From: Candidatus Nomurabacteria bacterium | GTDB lineage: Bacteria > Patescibacteriota > Patescibacteriia > UBA1558 > GWA2-36-10 | Length of the DNA stretch: 64,000 nucleotides | Direction of reading: 5' to 3' | Assembly (NCBI GenBank): GCA_020632415.1 | Contig: JACKFO010000002.1 | Span: forward strand, 776,413-840,412 | In this document: positions 19,863 to 29,091 of the stretch, one piece after another | Numbering within the stretch: the first letter of the stretch is position 1 | Layout: each line of letters begins with the position of its first letter | The notes under the pieces: model-generated | What the model was told of the DNA's origin: nothing | Databases searched by the model: none | The model's input: only the letters and a program-made list of their open reading frames with translations | Made by a program: the position numbers and the translations under genes

Positions 19863-19893
19863 TAAAAAATCGTGTTAAGCACGATTTTTTTTA
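19863..19893. terminator. Bidirectional terminator between the exonuclease-WYL gene and convergent folD; the folD stop codon lies in the loop
   Basis: A-run, atcgtg-ttaag-cacgat hairpin, T-run. Confidence 0.5.
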
Positions 19894-20711
19894 TAAAGTT
19901 GTAAAGTGTTGTACAAAAGCATGGCTACAGTCATTGGACCGACACCACCGGGTACTGGTGTGATGTAGCTGACCTTCTCAAAGACTGCGCTATAGTCGAC
20001 ATCGCCGACAGTATATGCTCCGACTTGATTAGTACCGACATCGATCACAATAGCATCTTTTTTTACCATTTCAGGATGAATAGCAAAAGCTTGTCCAATG
20101 GCAGTGATTAAAATATCCGCTTCTTTGGTTTTATTTTTTAAATCAGGATCAGCAGGTTTGACGATCTTAGTTTTTATTTCTTTTTGATTTAATAGTTTTT
20201 GTAATGGCTGATAAAATATTTCACTTTTAGCAACAATTATTGCTTTTTTATTTTTTAAATCTTCTTCAGTACTGTCCAAAAGTTTGACGATGCCCAAAGG
20301 TAACCCAGGAATAAAATCACTTTTATTTTCTAATAGATTTTTAATATTCTGAGGATGAAAACCGTCAACGTCTTTGTTTGGATCGAGCGCCTGGATGATC
20401 AAGTCGGTATCTAAATGTTTTGGTAATGGTAGCTGAACTAGAATTGCGTCAACGTCTTTGTCTTTGTTTAAAAAATCAATCACTTTCAAAATTTCTTCTT
20501 GAGAAGTTTTTTCGGCTAGTAAATATTCATGAAACTCAATTCCAACTTTTTTGGCAGCTTCTTTTTTTAATGAGACATAAAGCTGAGATGCTGGATCATC
20601 GCCAATTAAGATTACTGCTAAGTTTGGTTGATATGAATTTTGAAAAATTTCTTTATGAATAGCGACTTTTATGTCTTCGGCTATTTTTTTTCCATCAATA
20701 ATTTTTGCCAT
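19875..20711 (-). CDS. folD: Bifunctional methylenetetrahydrofolate dehydrogenase / methenyltetrahydrofolate cyclohydrolase
   Basis: Conserved FolD motifs (SxxYV.xKxKxxxxxGI; VGxxxxS; PGGVGP.T near the C-terminus). Confidence 0.9.
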   Translation of the reverse strand: MAKIIDGKKIAEDIKVAIHKEIFQNSYQPNLAVILIGDDPASQLYVSLKKEAAKKVGIEFHEYLLAEKTSQEEILKVIDFLNKDKDVDAILVQLPLPKHLDTDLIIQALDPNKDVDGFHPQNIKNLLENKSDFIPGLPLGIVKLLDSTEEDLKNKKAIIVAKSEIFYQPLQKLLNQKEIKTKIVKPADPDLKNKTKEADILITAIGQAFAIHPEMVKKDAIVIDVGTNQVGAYTVGDVDYSAVFEKVSYITPVPGGVGPMTVAMLLYNTLQLYKKNRA

Positions 20712-20712
20712 A

Positions 20713-21975
20713 TTATAATTCAGGGTAAAGGGGGAAGTTTTTCATCAAGTTCAAAACTTTTTCTTTATTTTTTTCTTCTACTTTTTTGGATTTTAAAGTA
20801 TCAATAATTACTTCAGCGATAATTGTTATTTCAGCTTCTTTTAAACCACGAGTAGTTAAAGCTGCGGTACCAAGTCTGATTCCAGATGGGTCCATTGGCT
20901 TGCGCATATCAAAAGGAACCATATTTTTGTTGGTAAAAATATAATTCTGATCCAGCAAGGTTTCAGCCTCCTGACCAGACAAGTCTAGAGGAGTGACGTC
21001 GATTAATAATAAATGATTATCAGTGCCGCCAGAAATTATTTTAATATTAGCTTCTTTAAATTTATTTTCTAAAACCTTAGCATTAGCCAAAACTTGTTTT
21101 TGGTATGCGACAAATTCTACTTGCAAGGCCTCTTGGAAAGCTACTGCCTTTGCAGCAATAATATGTTCTAATGGGCCACCTTGTAGCCCTGGAAAAACAG
21201 CAGAGTCAATTTTTTGTGCTAGATTTTTCTTGCCACCGGAGTCTAGACGATCTTGTATTTTAGATAAGATCAAAGCACCGCGAGGACCGCGCAAAGTTTT
21301 GTGGGTTGTGGTTGTTACTACGTCAGCATGGGGAATTGGATCTGGGTGAAGTTTGGCCGCAACAAGGCCAGCAATATGGGCCATGTCGATCATTAAATAC
21401 GCTCCGACACCATCGGCAATCTCTTTGAATTTAGCAAAATCAATTTGACGAGAATAAGCAGATGCTCCAGCTAAGATAACTTTTGGTCTGTGTTTTTCTG
21501 CCTGTGCTTTGACTTCATTAAAGTCGATTAATTCAGTTTTTTTGCCTACGCCATAACTGACAAAGTTATATGATTTGCCAGAAAAGTTTACCGGATGTCC
21601 ATGGGTCAAGTGTCCACCGTGAGCCAGTGAAAAGCCTAAGATTGTGTCATGTAAATTACATAGAGCAAAATAAGCTTCAGCATTAGCAGTAGATCCTGAG
21701 TGTGGTTGGACATTAGCATGTTCAGCGCCAAAAAGTTTTTTAGCTCTTTCAATAGCTAGCATTTCTGCTTGGTCAATAAATTCATTACCACCATAATAGC
21801 GTTTGTTAGGATAACCTTCGGCATATTTATTGGTTAGCACCGAGCCAGCTGCTTCTAAAACGCTCAGAGAAACAAAATTTTCCGAAGCAATCATTTCGGC
21901 ACCAGTGCGTTGGCGATTGAGTTCATTTTTGATAATTTCCGCTATTTGCGGATCGGTATTTTGTAGATTTTTCAT
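20713..21975 (-). CDS. glyA: Serine hydroxymethyltransferase
   Basis: PLP-lysine context [12 protein letters not shown] and other SHMT hallmark regions (ENFVS..V, YGGNE.ID); 1-nt gap to folD. Confidence 0.95.
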   Translation of the reverse strand: MKNLQNTDPQIAEIIKNELNRQRTGAEMIASENFVSLSVLEAAGSVLTNKYAEGYPNKRYYGGNEFIDQAEMLAIERAKKLFGAEHANVQPHSGSTANAEAYFALCNLHDTILGFSLAHGGHLTHGHPVNFSGKSYNFVSYGVGKKTELIDFNEVKAQAEKHRPKVILAGASAYSRQIDFAKFKEIADGVGAYLMIDMAHIAGLVAAKLHPDPIPHADVVTTTTHKTLRGPRGALILSKIQDRLDSGGKKNLAQKIDSAVFPGLQGGPLEHIIAAKAVAFQEALQVEFVAYQKQVLANAKVLENKFKEANIKIISGGTDNHLLLIDVTPLDLSGQEAETLLDQNYIFTNKNMVPFDMRKPMDPSGIRLGTAALTTRGLKEAEITIIAEVIIDTLKSKKVEEKNKEKVLNLMKNFPLYPEL

Positions 21976-21990
21976 GAGTTTATTATATCA

Positions 21991-23613
21991 TTATTTCAAA
22001 GTTTTAGTCACATAAGTGCCTTCTAGCTCATAGCCTAGTTTACGGTAATAATTTCTAACGCCAATTCCAGAAATAACAGCGACTTTATCTAAGCCTTGTT
22101 CTAAAGTAATGCGTTCAGCTTCGGCCATTAATCTTTTGCCTAAACCTAAATGTTGAGTGTTAGAAATGGCACCATTTTCATCATCAGTTTCGTCATTGGT
22201 TGCCGGAATCATTTTTCCATAGACATGAAGTTCACGAACTAAAGAGGCGTTTTTAAGTTCTGGAAAAATATTTTTTTCAGGCTGTTCGTTAATTCGTAAA
22301 CGCAAAAAAGCATAAACTTTAGTGTGTTCTTTATTTTCAAAACTCAAAAACCATTCCTTGCCTTCTGAGGCGTTGTATTGTCTTTTGACTAATTCAATTT
22401 GTTTGATATCAAATTCTTCACCTTTGACTTCACGACAACGTAGACAGCGACAAGATAAATTTTGTCTTTTTAATTCATTTTGCAAATATTGTCTGAGGTT
22501 AGTGATTTTGTTTCCAGCGATAATACTTTCTTCTGGAATATCTCGAATCAAACGATTGATTCTCATGTAAGGGGGAACGATTTTTTTGACAGCCAGTAAT
22601 AAATCTAATAATTCTTTTTCCGAATAAGGCTGATAGCGACCCTCTTCGTACCATTTATTTAGTTCAGCAAATTCATTGACTACGCAAGGATAAATTTTTA
22701 ATTGATCTGGTTGTAAGTCTGGAGAGTTAAAAACATATTCAAACATTTCATAATCTTTTTCTGGAGTGGAACCTGGTAAATCTGGCATATAGTGGTGATC
22801 AACCTTAAATCCAGCGTCTTTAAGCAGACGAGTGGCAATAATTGATTGTTCTATATTATGTCCACGTTTGATTAAGTCTAAAATTTGGTTATCCGTATGT
22901 TGGACTCCAAGCTGGACACGAGTGCAGCCTAAATTTCTTAATTTTTTAACTTCAGTTTCTGAAATAAAATCAGGACGAGTCTCCAAAGTGAGGCCAATGA
23001 TTTTGTACGTTGTGTCTTCATTTATTTTTTGTTCAGCAGCCAAGTTTTTCTTTTCACGTTTTTGCCCATCGCCATAGGTATTGGCAGCATAAAATAAGTC
23101 ACGAATGAAATCATGTTGGTAATGGTCAGGGTAAACAGACCAAGTGCCACCCAAAACTAAAATTTCAATTTTGTCTACTAAGTGGCCATTGTTTTCTAAG
23201 GCCTTGATTCGCATATTTACCTGTCGTTCAGCGTCAAATAAGTTCATCTTAGCTCGCATGGCCGCTGGCTCATTAGACAAATAGCTTTTAGGCATATCAG
23301 GTTCAGTTGGACAATAGACACATTTTCCCGGACAAACAAAAGGTTTGGTCAAAACAGTAATCACTGAAACACCAGATAAGGTACGAACAGCTCGTTTGGT
23401 TAAGAGTTGACTAAATTTTTGGTCTTCTTTGATCTTGCCCTCTTTTACCAATTGACGATAAGTAGAAATTAGGTTAGCTTTAGTGGTAGGCGCGAGCTTG
23501 TGTTGAGAAAAGACTTGTCTCAAAGCCTTAATAAATTCCAACTCACTAGCATATTTAGTATTTGCTAGTTCTAAAACAATATTTTCTAATAATTTTTTTT
23601 CAATATCCGCCAT
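21991..23613 (-). CDS. elp3: Elp3-family radical SAM / GNAT tRNA wobble-uridine modification enzyme (tRNA carboxymethyluridine synthase homolog)
   Basis: Radical-SAM cysteine motif FVCPGKCVYCP, extended Elp3 radical SAM domain, C-terminal GNAT acetyltransferase fold (GLGKRLMAEAERI...KLGYELEG). Confidence 0.85.
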   Translation of the reverse strand: MADIEKKLLENIVLELANTKYASELEFIKALRQVFSQHKLAPTTKANLISTYRQLVKEGKIKEDQKFSQLLTKRAVRTLSGVSVITVLTKPFVCPGKCVYCPTEPDMPKSYLSNEPAAMRAKMNLFDAERQVNMRIKALENNGHLVDKIEILVLGGTWSVYPDHYQHDFIRDLFYAANTYGDGQKREKKNLAAEQKINEDTTYKIIGLTLETRPDFISETEVKKLRNLGCTRVQLGVQHTDNQILDLIKRGHNIEQSIIATRLLKDAGFKVDHHYMPDLPGSTPEKDYEMFEYVFNSPDLQPDQLKIYPCVVNEFAELNKWYEEGRYQPYSEKELLDLLLAVKKIVPPYMRINRLIRDIPEESIIAGNKITNLRQYLQNELKRQNLSCRCLRCREVKGEEFDIKQIELVKRQYNASEGKEWFLSFENKEHTKVYAFLRLRINEQPEKNIFPELKNASLVRELHVYGKMIPATNDETDDENGAISNTQHLGLGKRLMAEAERITLEQGLDKVAVISGIGVRNYYRKLGYELEGTYVTKTLK

Positions 23614-24271
23614 GTCTGATGATTTAAAAACAATTTATAACCAAATTGCTGAAGAATTTTCTGCTTCCCGAGTTTTTCCCTGGGAAGAATTACAAGTTTT
23701 TATACCATACATTCAGGATAATTTCAAGATCTTGGATTTGGGTTGCGGTAATGGTCGTTTATTAAAATCTTTAGAAGAAAGTAGTAAAAATTTTGATTAT
23801 ACTGGTATTGATTTTAGCGAAGGTTTGATCAAGCAAGCTAAAAAGCAGTTTCCAAAATATCCATTTAGCGTTGTTGATATGCGAGAGCTAGATTTTCCCA
23901 AAGAAAGTTTTGACATGATTTTTTCTATCGCTGCTTTTCATCACTTAGATAAAAAGAAAGAAAGAGTAGAATTACTTAAAAAAATAAATAACTGGCTTAA
24001 ACCTGGCGGCTATTTATTTATGACCAATTGGGATTTAAGACAAAAGAAATATTTGAAAAACTTTTTTAGTCAATGGTGGAAAAAACGAGCTTGGAACGAT
24101 GTCTTTATTTCTTGGCAAAAATATTCTGACAATCAAAAAAAGCTTTGGCGTTATTACCATAGCTTTACGGAAAATGAATTAGAAAAATTATTATTAGACG
24201 CTGGATTTAAATTAGAACCAAAAGGTGTTTATAAAACTAAATGGAATATTAATTGTTTTGTCAAAAAGTAA
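23612..24271 (+). CDS. Trm9/ALKBH8-type class I SAM-dependent tRNA methyltransferase (putative cm5U to mcm5U methyl ester formation)
   Basis: IYNQIAEEFSASRVFPWEE..LDLGCGNGR..FDMIFSIAAFHHL..ERVELLKKINNWLKPGGYLFMTNWDLRQ closely matches my recollection of yeast Trm9 (VYNEIAPHFSQTRYKPWP, DVGCGNGK, SIAVVHHWSTRERR, ALIYCWALEQ). Confidence 0.6.
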   Translation: MSDDLKTIYNQIAEEFSASRVFPWEELQVFIPYIQDNFKILDLGCGNGRLLKSLEESSKNFDYTGIDFSEGLIKQAKKQFPKYPFSVVDMRELDFPKESFDMIFSIAAFHHLDKKKERVELLKKINNWLKPGGYLFMTNWDLRQKKYLKNFFSQWWKKRAWNDVFISWQKYSDNQKKLWRYYHSFTENELEKLLLDAGFKLEPKGVYKTKWNINCFVKK

Positions 24272-24285
24272 TTTGACAAATATTT

Positions 24286-25704
24286 TTAGTTAGCTTCTTC
24301 AATCATTGTTTCTTCAAAAGTTTTTTCTGTCAATTTATCTTCTTCGGTAATTTTTTTATTTTTCCACTTACCACGACGATACCACCAGATAGTAATAATA
24401 GTTGAGAGAATATTGGCGATTGGGAAAGCTAGCCACAAGCCAAACTCTGCTAAATCAGTGAATTTACTTAAAATCAAAGCCAATGGAAACTGCAAAACCC
24501 AAAAGGAAACAATAGACAAGATCATAGCTGACATAGTGTCTCCAGCGCCACGTAAGGTTCCGGTTAAAATTTGTTGAACAGCCATCAAGCCAAAAGTAAA
24601 GGCAATAATCTTAATAAATAAAGCGCTCAAATGAATAACTTCTAGCTCACCAGGGACAAAAATACCACTTAATGGTTTTGCTAGAAAGAACATAATTAAA
24701 CCGACTAGGCTTAAACTCCAAAAGCCAAACCAAGCGCTCTGCTTAGTGATTTTTTCTGCGCGAGACATTTGGTTGGCGCCAATATTTTGGCTAACCAAAG
24801 TAGAGGTAGCCATCGATAGACCAAGTGCGGGAATAATAATAAAGCTAAAAATGCGTCCCCCAATTCCGTAAGCCGCCAAAACAGTTGTACCAAAACTAGC
24901 AACCAAAAAAGTCATCACTGCCATGCCAAAAGCTCGCATTGATTGCTCTATCGAAGCTGGTAATCCAATTTTAAAGATTTTCAAAATAGTGTTTTTGCTT
25001 GGTTTTAAATTTTTTAATCTCAAATGAATATCATGTTTTCCGGCAAAGAGAATAAATAAGCCAATTATTGTGGCAATCGCTTGTGTGCCAATAGTGGCAA
25101 TTGCTGCGCCAGTAACACCGAAGCCGGGGATCGGTCCAAAGCCCAAAATAAACAAAGGGTCTAAAAATAAATTTAAGATCACAGTTGATAAAATAATGTA
25201 CATTGGTGTTTTGACATCACCAACTCCACGGAGTAAAGATTGAAAAACTGCCGTACCAAAAACAAAGACCATTCCTAAGAATGAAATTTGTAAATAAGAA
25301 ATTGCTTGAGGCATCACTTCGGGAGCGGCGCCCATGATTCTGACTAGGAGAGGAGAAATAAAATAACCAAGCAAACTTAAGACAATAGAAACCATGACTA
25401 CGATGCTCATAGTTTGTCCAGAAATAAAATCAATCATTTTTTGATTATTTTGCCCCTTGTATTGAGCAGCTAAAATTGTTCCGGCCATCGCTAAACCACC
25501 GCCAAAAGAAATTACCAAAAATAGCAATGGAAAACTTAGCGAAACTGCAGCAACTGCTTCGGCGCCAAGACGGCCGACCCAAAATGTATCGGTGATTTGG
25601 TAGGCAGTTTGTAAAATATTAGCAAAGATGATTGGAACAGCCAAAGCTAAAAGTGATTTAAAAATGTTTCCAGATAATAAGTTGTTTGTTTTTGTATTTT
25701 GCAT
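24286..25704 (-). CDS. MATE-family efflux transporter
   Basis: 472 aa, 12 TM helices, two repeated 6-TM halves typical of MatE. Confidence 0.8.
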   Translation of the reverse strand: MQNTKTNNLLSGNIFKSLLALAVPIIFANILQTAYQITDTFWVGRLGAEAVAAVSLSFPLLFLVISFGGGLAMAGTILAAQYKGQNNQKMIDFISGQTMSIVVMVSIVLSLLGYFISPLLVRIMGAAPEVMPQAISYLQISFLGMVFVFGTAVFQSLLRGVGDVKTPMYIILSTVILNLFLDPLFILGFGPIPGFGVTGAAIATIGTQAIATIIGLFILFAGKHDIHLRLKNLKPSKNTILKIFKIGLPASIEQSMRAFGMAVMTFLVASFGTTVLAAYGIGGRIFSFIIIPALGLSMATSTLVSQNIGANQMSRAEKITKQSAWFGFWSLSLVGLIMFFLAKPLSGIFVPGELEVIHLSALFIKIIAFTFGLMAVQQILTGTLRGAGDTMSAMILSIVSFWVLQFPLALILSKFTDLAEFGLWLAFPIANILSTIITIWWYRRGKWKNKKITEEDKLTEKTFEETMIEEAN

Positions 25705-25707
25705 AAT

Positions 25708-26241
25708 TTAATCCATGTGAGTAATTCGTTTGGCAGAATAAACTTTTTGTTTTCCGCTGATGACAATTCCTAGATTATAATATTTTTTGTCACTGTGTGT
25801 ATCGACGTCATGCCAACGTTTCATTAGCTCAGAGAATTCCAGATAAGTTTTGATCGTTACCGCTGGATCTTCAAAATAAATTTTTTTTTGATCATAACCA
25901 ATGGCAATGGCAAAATGTCCGCTAGACCAATGCTTTGACCAATTATGCACTTTTCTCTTTGGCCACGCTTGGAGCATTAAGATCACTGGTTGTTGACGAT
26001 CAATGTATTTTTTTAAGTCATCGATCGTCATTTTTTTAGCATGATATTTTAAGCCAAAATGTTGAGCTATTTTTTCTAGGCCAGCCAAAGGCGTGCCGTG
26101 GTGATCGTTGGTGTCAGCAATTTTGATTAAATCTATTTCATTAACGTCAATTCCATAATAAGCAAGCATAGCGTGCATGGTTTTGGCACCACAATCATAA
26201 TCAAAAGTTTGTCTAAATTCGGGAAATTCAATGATTTGCAT
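25708..26241 (-). CDS. Stand-alone papain-like cysteine peptidase, C39-like (Peptidase_C39_2 type)
   Basis: Catalytic Cys context FDYDCGAKTMHAMLAYYG and His context SSGHFAIAIGYD...FEDP match the C39 peptidase Cys/His motifs. Confidence 0.65.
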   Translation of the reverse strand: MQIIEFPEFRQTFDYDCGAKTMHAMLAYYGIDVNEIDLIKIADTNDHHGTPLAGLEKIAQHFGLKYHAKKMTIDDLKKYIDRQQPVILMLQAWPKRKVHNWSKHWSSGHFAIAIGYDQKKIYFEDPAVTIKTYLEFSELMKRWHDVDTHSDKKYYNLGIVISGKQKVYSAKRITHMD

Positions 26242-26244
26242 ATT

Positions 26245-26466
26245 TTAATTTATTATTTCTTCTTCCTCTTCTTCAGTAAGATCTTTAATTATTTGGCGAT
26301 GCTCTAAAATATCAGGATGCGGCGAGCCTTTTATTTTTTTTAGCAAATCTTTTTCTTCTTCATTGATTGCTCGAGGATATAAAATGAGTTCGTTTAACAA
26401 GACCAGTGCTTTTTCTTCGTATTCTGTGTGGTCAGAGTGTTTAAAAGGATTTTCTAAATGAAACAT
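26245..26466 (-). CDS. Small acidic protein (73 aa, C-terminal EEEEEE run), hypothetical; first gene of the C39-peptidase/MATE operon
   Basis: ORF lies 3 nt upstream of the peptidase gene; no recognisable domain. Confidence 0.35.
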   Translation of the reverse strand: MFHLENPFKHSDHTEYEEKALVLLNELILYPRAINEEEKDLLKKIKGSPHPDILEHRQIIKDLTEEEEEEIIN

Positions 26467-26593
26467 AGATTTTTTTAGTTTTTTAATACTAATAGTGTAT
26501 ATTTTCTACCTTGAAAAAGCAATGGTAAATTGCTATTTTTTTTATCTAAAATATGCTAAAATAAAGATAATAATTATTAATTTTTTGACGAAA

Positions 26594-27727
26594 ATGTGGA
26601 AAAAATTAGGCTTTTTTACTATTTTTAGCTTCTTATTACTTAGCCCTCTGGCTCTTTTTGCCATTGAAAAAAATGCCGGGGAAGTAGTTTTTGTTGCTAA
26701 AGATCAGACTATTAATCAAAATTATTATGCTGCCGGTAAAACGATCGAAATTTACGGTACAATTAATGGCGATTTATTTTTAGCAGGAAACAATGTTGTT
26801 ATTGATTCAGAAAATATCAATGGCGATATTTTTGTTGCCGCTGAAAGCATTAGCATTAAAAACAAAATTAACGGCAATGTCAGAGTAGTTGGTAAGCAGA
26901 TAGAGATTTCCGGCTTAGTAACTGGCAACGCTTTTATTGTTGGAGACAATTTATTATTGACTGAAACGGCAGAACTGGCCAAGCATCTGACTTTTTGGGG
27001 CTCGTCTGCTAGCTTGCACGGTCAAGTTGGTCAGCACTTAGAAGGTGGCATGGAACAATTATTATTGACAGGCTCTATTGGTCAAGGAGTTGATGTTTAT
27101 TTGTCACCAAGACAGGAAACTAATTTTCAGATTGCAGATACCGCTCAAATTAGCGGAGGCATCAACTATCAAGCTTTGACCGAAGCCAGCATCTCAGAAA
27201 ATGCTCAAGTGGATGGTCAAGTGAACTTTCAAAAATGGACTGAACCAGAACATGGCAAAACATTTTCTCAAGTCTTATGGTCTTTGATTATCAAATTTTT
27301 TGGTATGTTGATCGTCGGAATGATTTTGGTTTATTTTTGGCCAAAGTTTTTTACAGAAAATTTTTCTAGCCTCAAAGGAAAGCTTTGGCAGACACCTTTG
27401 TTTGGGCTCTTATTTTTATTTTTAACACCCTTACTTGCTTTTGCGTTAATGATTACCGTCATCGGCATTCCAATCGCTTTGATTATGCTTACTTTGTGGG
27501 CGATCGGCTTATATTTAGCAAAAATTTTAGGAGCTTGGTTGATTGCTAAGTTTATCAAAAATAAATGGCTTACTAAATACAATTGGTCACAATTAAGCAT
27601 CTTGGCTTTTGGTTTAGCAATCTATTTGATTTTAGGCAAAGTGCCAGTAGTTGGTTGGATTATTATTTTAGTCGCCTATTTAATGGCTTGGGGTTTATTT
27701 TGGCAAAAATTAAAGATTAAAAAATAG
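26594..27727 (+). CDS. Membrane protein with N-terminal signal/anchor, bactofilin-like (polymer-forming cytoskeletal) beta-helical repeat domain and four C-terminal TM helices
   Basis: MWKKLGFFTIFSFLLLSPLALFA anchor; repeated hydrophobic/G/N-rich windings (IYGTINGDLFLAGNNVVI, INGDIFVAAESISI, INGNVRVVGKQIEI, VTGNAFIVGDNLLL); hydrophobic C-terminal third. Start moved to the ATG at 26594. Confidence 0.55.
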   Translation: MWKKLGFFTIFSFLLLSPLALFAIEKNAGEVVFVAKDQTINQNYYAAGKTIEIYGTINGDLFLAGNNVVIDSENINGDIFVAAESISIKNKINGNVRVVGKQIEISGLVTGNAFIVGDNLLLTETAELAKHLTFWGSSASLHGQVGQHLEGGMEQLLLTGSIGQGVDVYLSPRQETNFQIADTAQISGGINYQALTEASISENAQVDGQVNFQKWTEPEHGKTFSQVLWSLIIKFFGMLIVGMILVYFWPKFFTENFSSLKGKLWQTPLFGLLFLFLTPLLAFALMITVIGIPIALIMLTLWAIGLYLAKILGAWLIAKFIKNKWLTKYNWSQLSILAFGLAIYLILGKVPVVGWIIILVAYLMAWGLFWQKLKIKK

Positions 27728-27735
27728 ATAAAAGC

Positions 27736-29082
27736 ATGAACGAAAAAATTTTTAAAGCCTATGACATTAGAGGCGTTTATGAAAAAGACTTTGATCAGGA
27801 AGATGTCAGAAAAATAAGTAAGGCTTATTTACAGACACTTGCTAATCTGACAGTTAAACCGGTCAGCCAACTAAAAATTGTGATTGCGCGGGATATTAGG
27901 AATTCTTCAGAAAAAATTCATCAGATTTTTATCGAAGAAGTTTTAAAATATGGCGTTCAGATTGATGATTTAGATTTAATTTCAATTGATGCTTTGTATT
28001 ATATTGTTGGTGCTGATCAATATGACGGAGGAATAATGGTCACCGCTTCTCATAATCCACCAGAATATGGTGGTCTAAAAATGTTGTCTGCTGGCTCAGA
28101 AATAATCCGAGGTACAGAATTAAAAGAAGTGGTTTCTAATTTGGAAGAGTTTAAACTTGCTCCAGGAAAATTAAATAAGCTAGATATTTGGTCGCGTTAT
28201 CTTGATCATGTTTTTTCTTTTGTTGATTTGGATAAAATAAAAAATTTAAAGCTAGTCGCCGATGCTGGTTCTGGTATGGCAGCAATTAATTTGCCAAAAA
28301 TATTAGATCGTTTGTCACAGATTGATTTTGTGGGATTGTTTATGGAGCCAGATGGAAATTTTCCTCATCGTAATCCAAATCCTTTAGCGCCAAATGCCAG
28401 TGATCAGCTAGCGGCAAAAGTTTTGGCTACACAGGCAGATCTTGGCGCTATCTTTGATGCTGATTCGGATCGCATTTTGTTAGTAGATGAAAAAGGAAAC
28501 TTAATCAAAGGAGACCAGATTTTATTGTTGCTTTCCAAAGCAGTGTTAGCAAAAAAACCTGGCTCGGCTATTGTTTATAATTTGATTTGTTCTCACGCAG
28601 TGCCAGAATTGATTACTGCCTGGGGCGGAGTTGCGGTACGCAGTGAGGTTGGTTTTGTAAATATCAAAAAACATGCTCGAGAAAATAATGCTGTAATGGG
28701 CGGTGAGGTTTCGGCTCACTTTAGTTTTAAAGATAATTATTTTTCGGATTCAGCTTTTATTGCCTTATTATTGATTTTGGAAATTTTATCTAGCACAGAT
28801 CAAAAATTATCAGAGTTAGTAAAAGAAAATACTCTTTATTTTAAAGGCGACGAAGTAAATCTAGAAGTTAAGGATGTTCAGGCAGAGTTACAAAAAATTA
28901 GAGAAAAATATCAAGGTCAAATCAAAGATGAAATTGATGGTATTACCGTGGAGTTTTCTGATCGTTGGTTTAATGTCCGAGCTTCTAATACCGAGCCTTT
29001 ACTGAGAGTGACTGTAGAAGGAAATACGGCAGAAATTTTGGCCGCTCAGACCAAAGAATTATTGGAATTAATTAATAATTAA
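27736..29082 (+). CDS. Phosphomannomutase/phosphoglucomutase (alpha-D-phosphohexomutase superfamily)
   Basis: Active-site phosphoserine loop TASHNPPEYGG, metal-binding DADSDR, sugar-binding GGEVSAH. Confidence 0.85.
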   Translation: MNEKIFKAYDIRGVYEKDFDQEDVRKISKAYLQTLANLTVKPVSQLKIVIARDIRNSSEKIHQIFIEEVLKYGVQIDDLDLISIDALYYIVGADQYDGGIMVTASHNPPEYGGLKMLSAGSEIIRGTELKEVVSNLEEFKLAPGKLNKLDIWSRYLDHVFSFVDLDKIKNLKLVADAGSGMAAINLPKILDRLSQIDFVGLFMEPDGNFPHRNPNPLAPNASDQLAAKVLATQADLGAIFDADSDRILLVDEKGNLIKGDQILLLLSKAVLAKKPGSAIVYNLICSHAVPELITAWGGVAVRSEVGFVNIKKHARENNAVMGGEVSAHFSFKDNYFSDSAFIALLLILEILSSTDQKLSELVKENTLYFKGDEVNLEVKDVQAELQKIREKYQGQIKDEIDGITVEFSDRWFNVRASNTEPLLRVTVEGNTAEILAAQTKELLELINN

Positions 29083-29091
29083 GATAAAATT

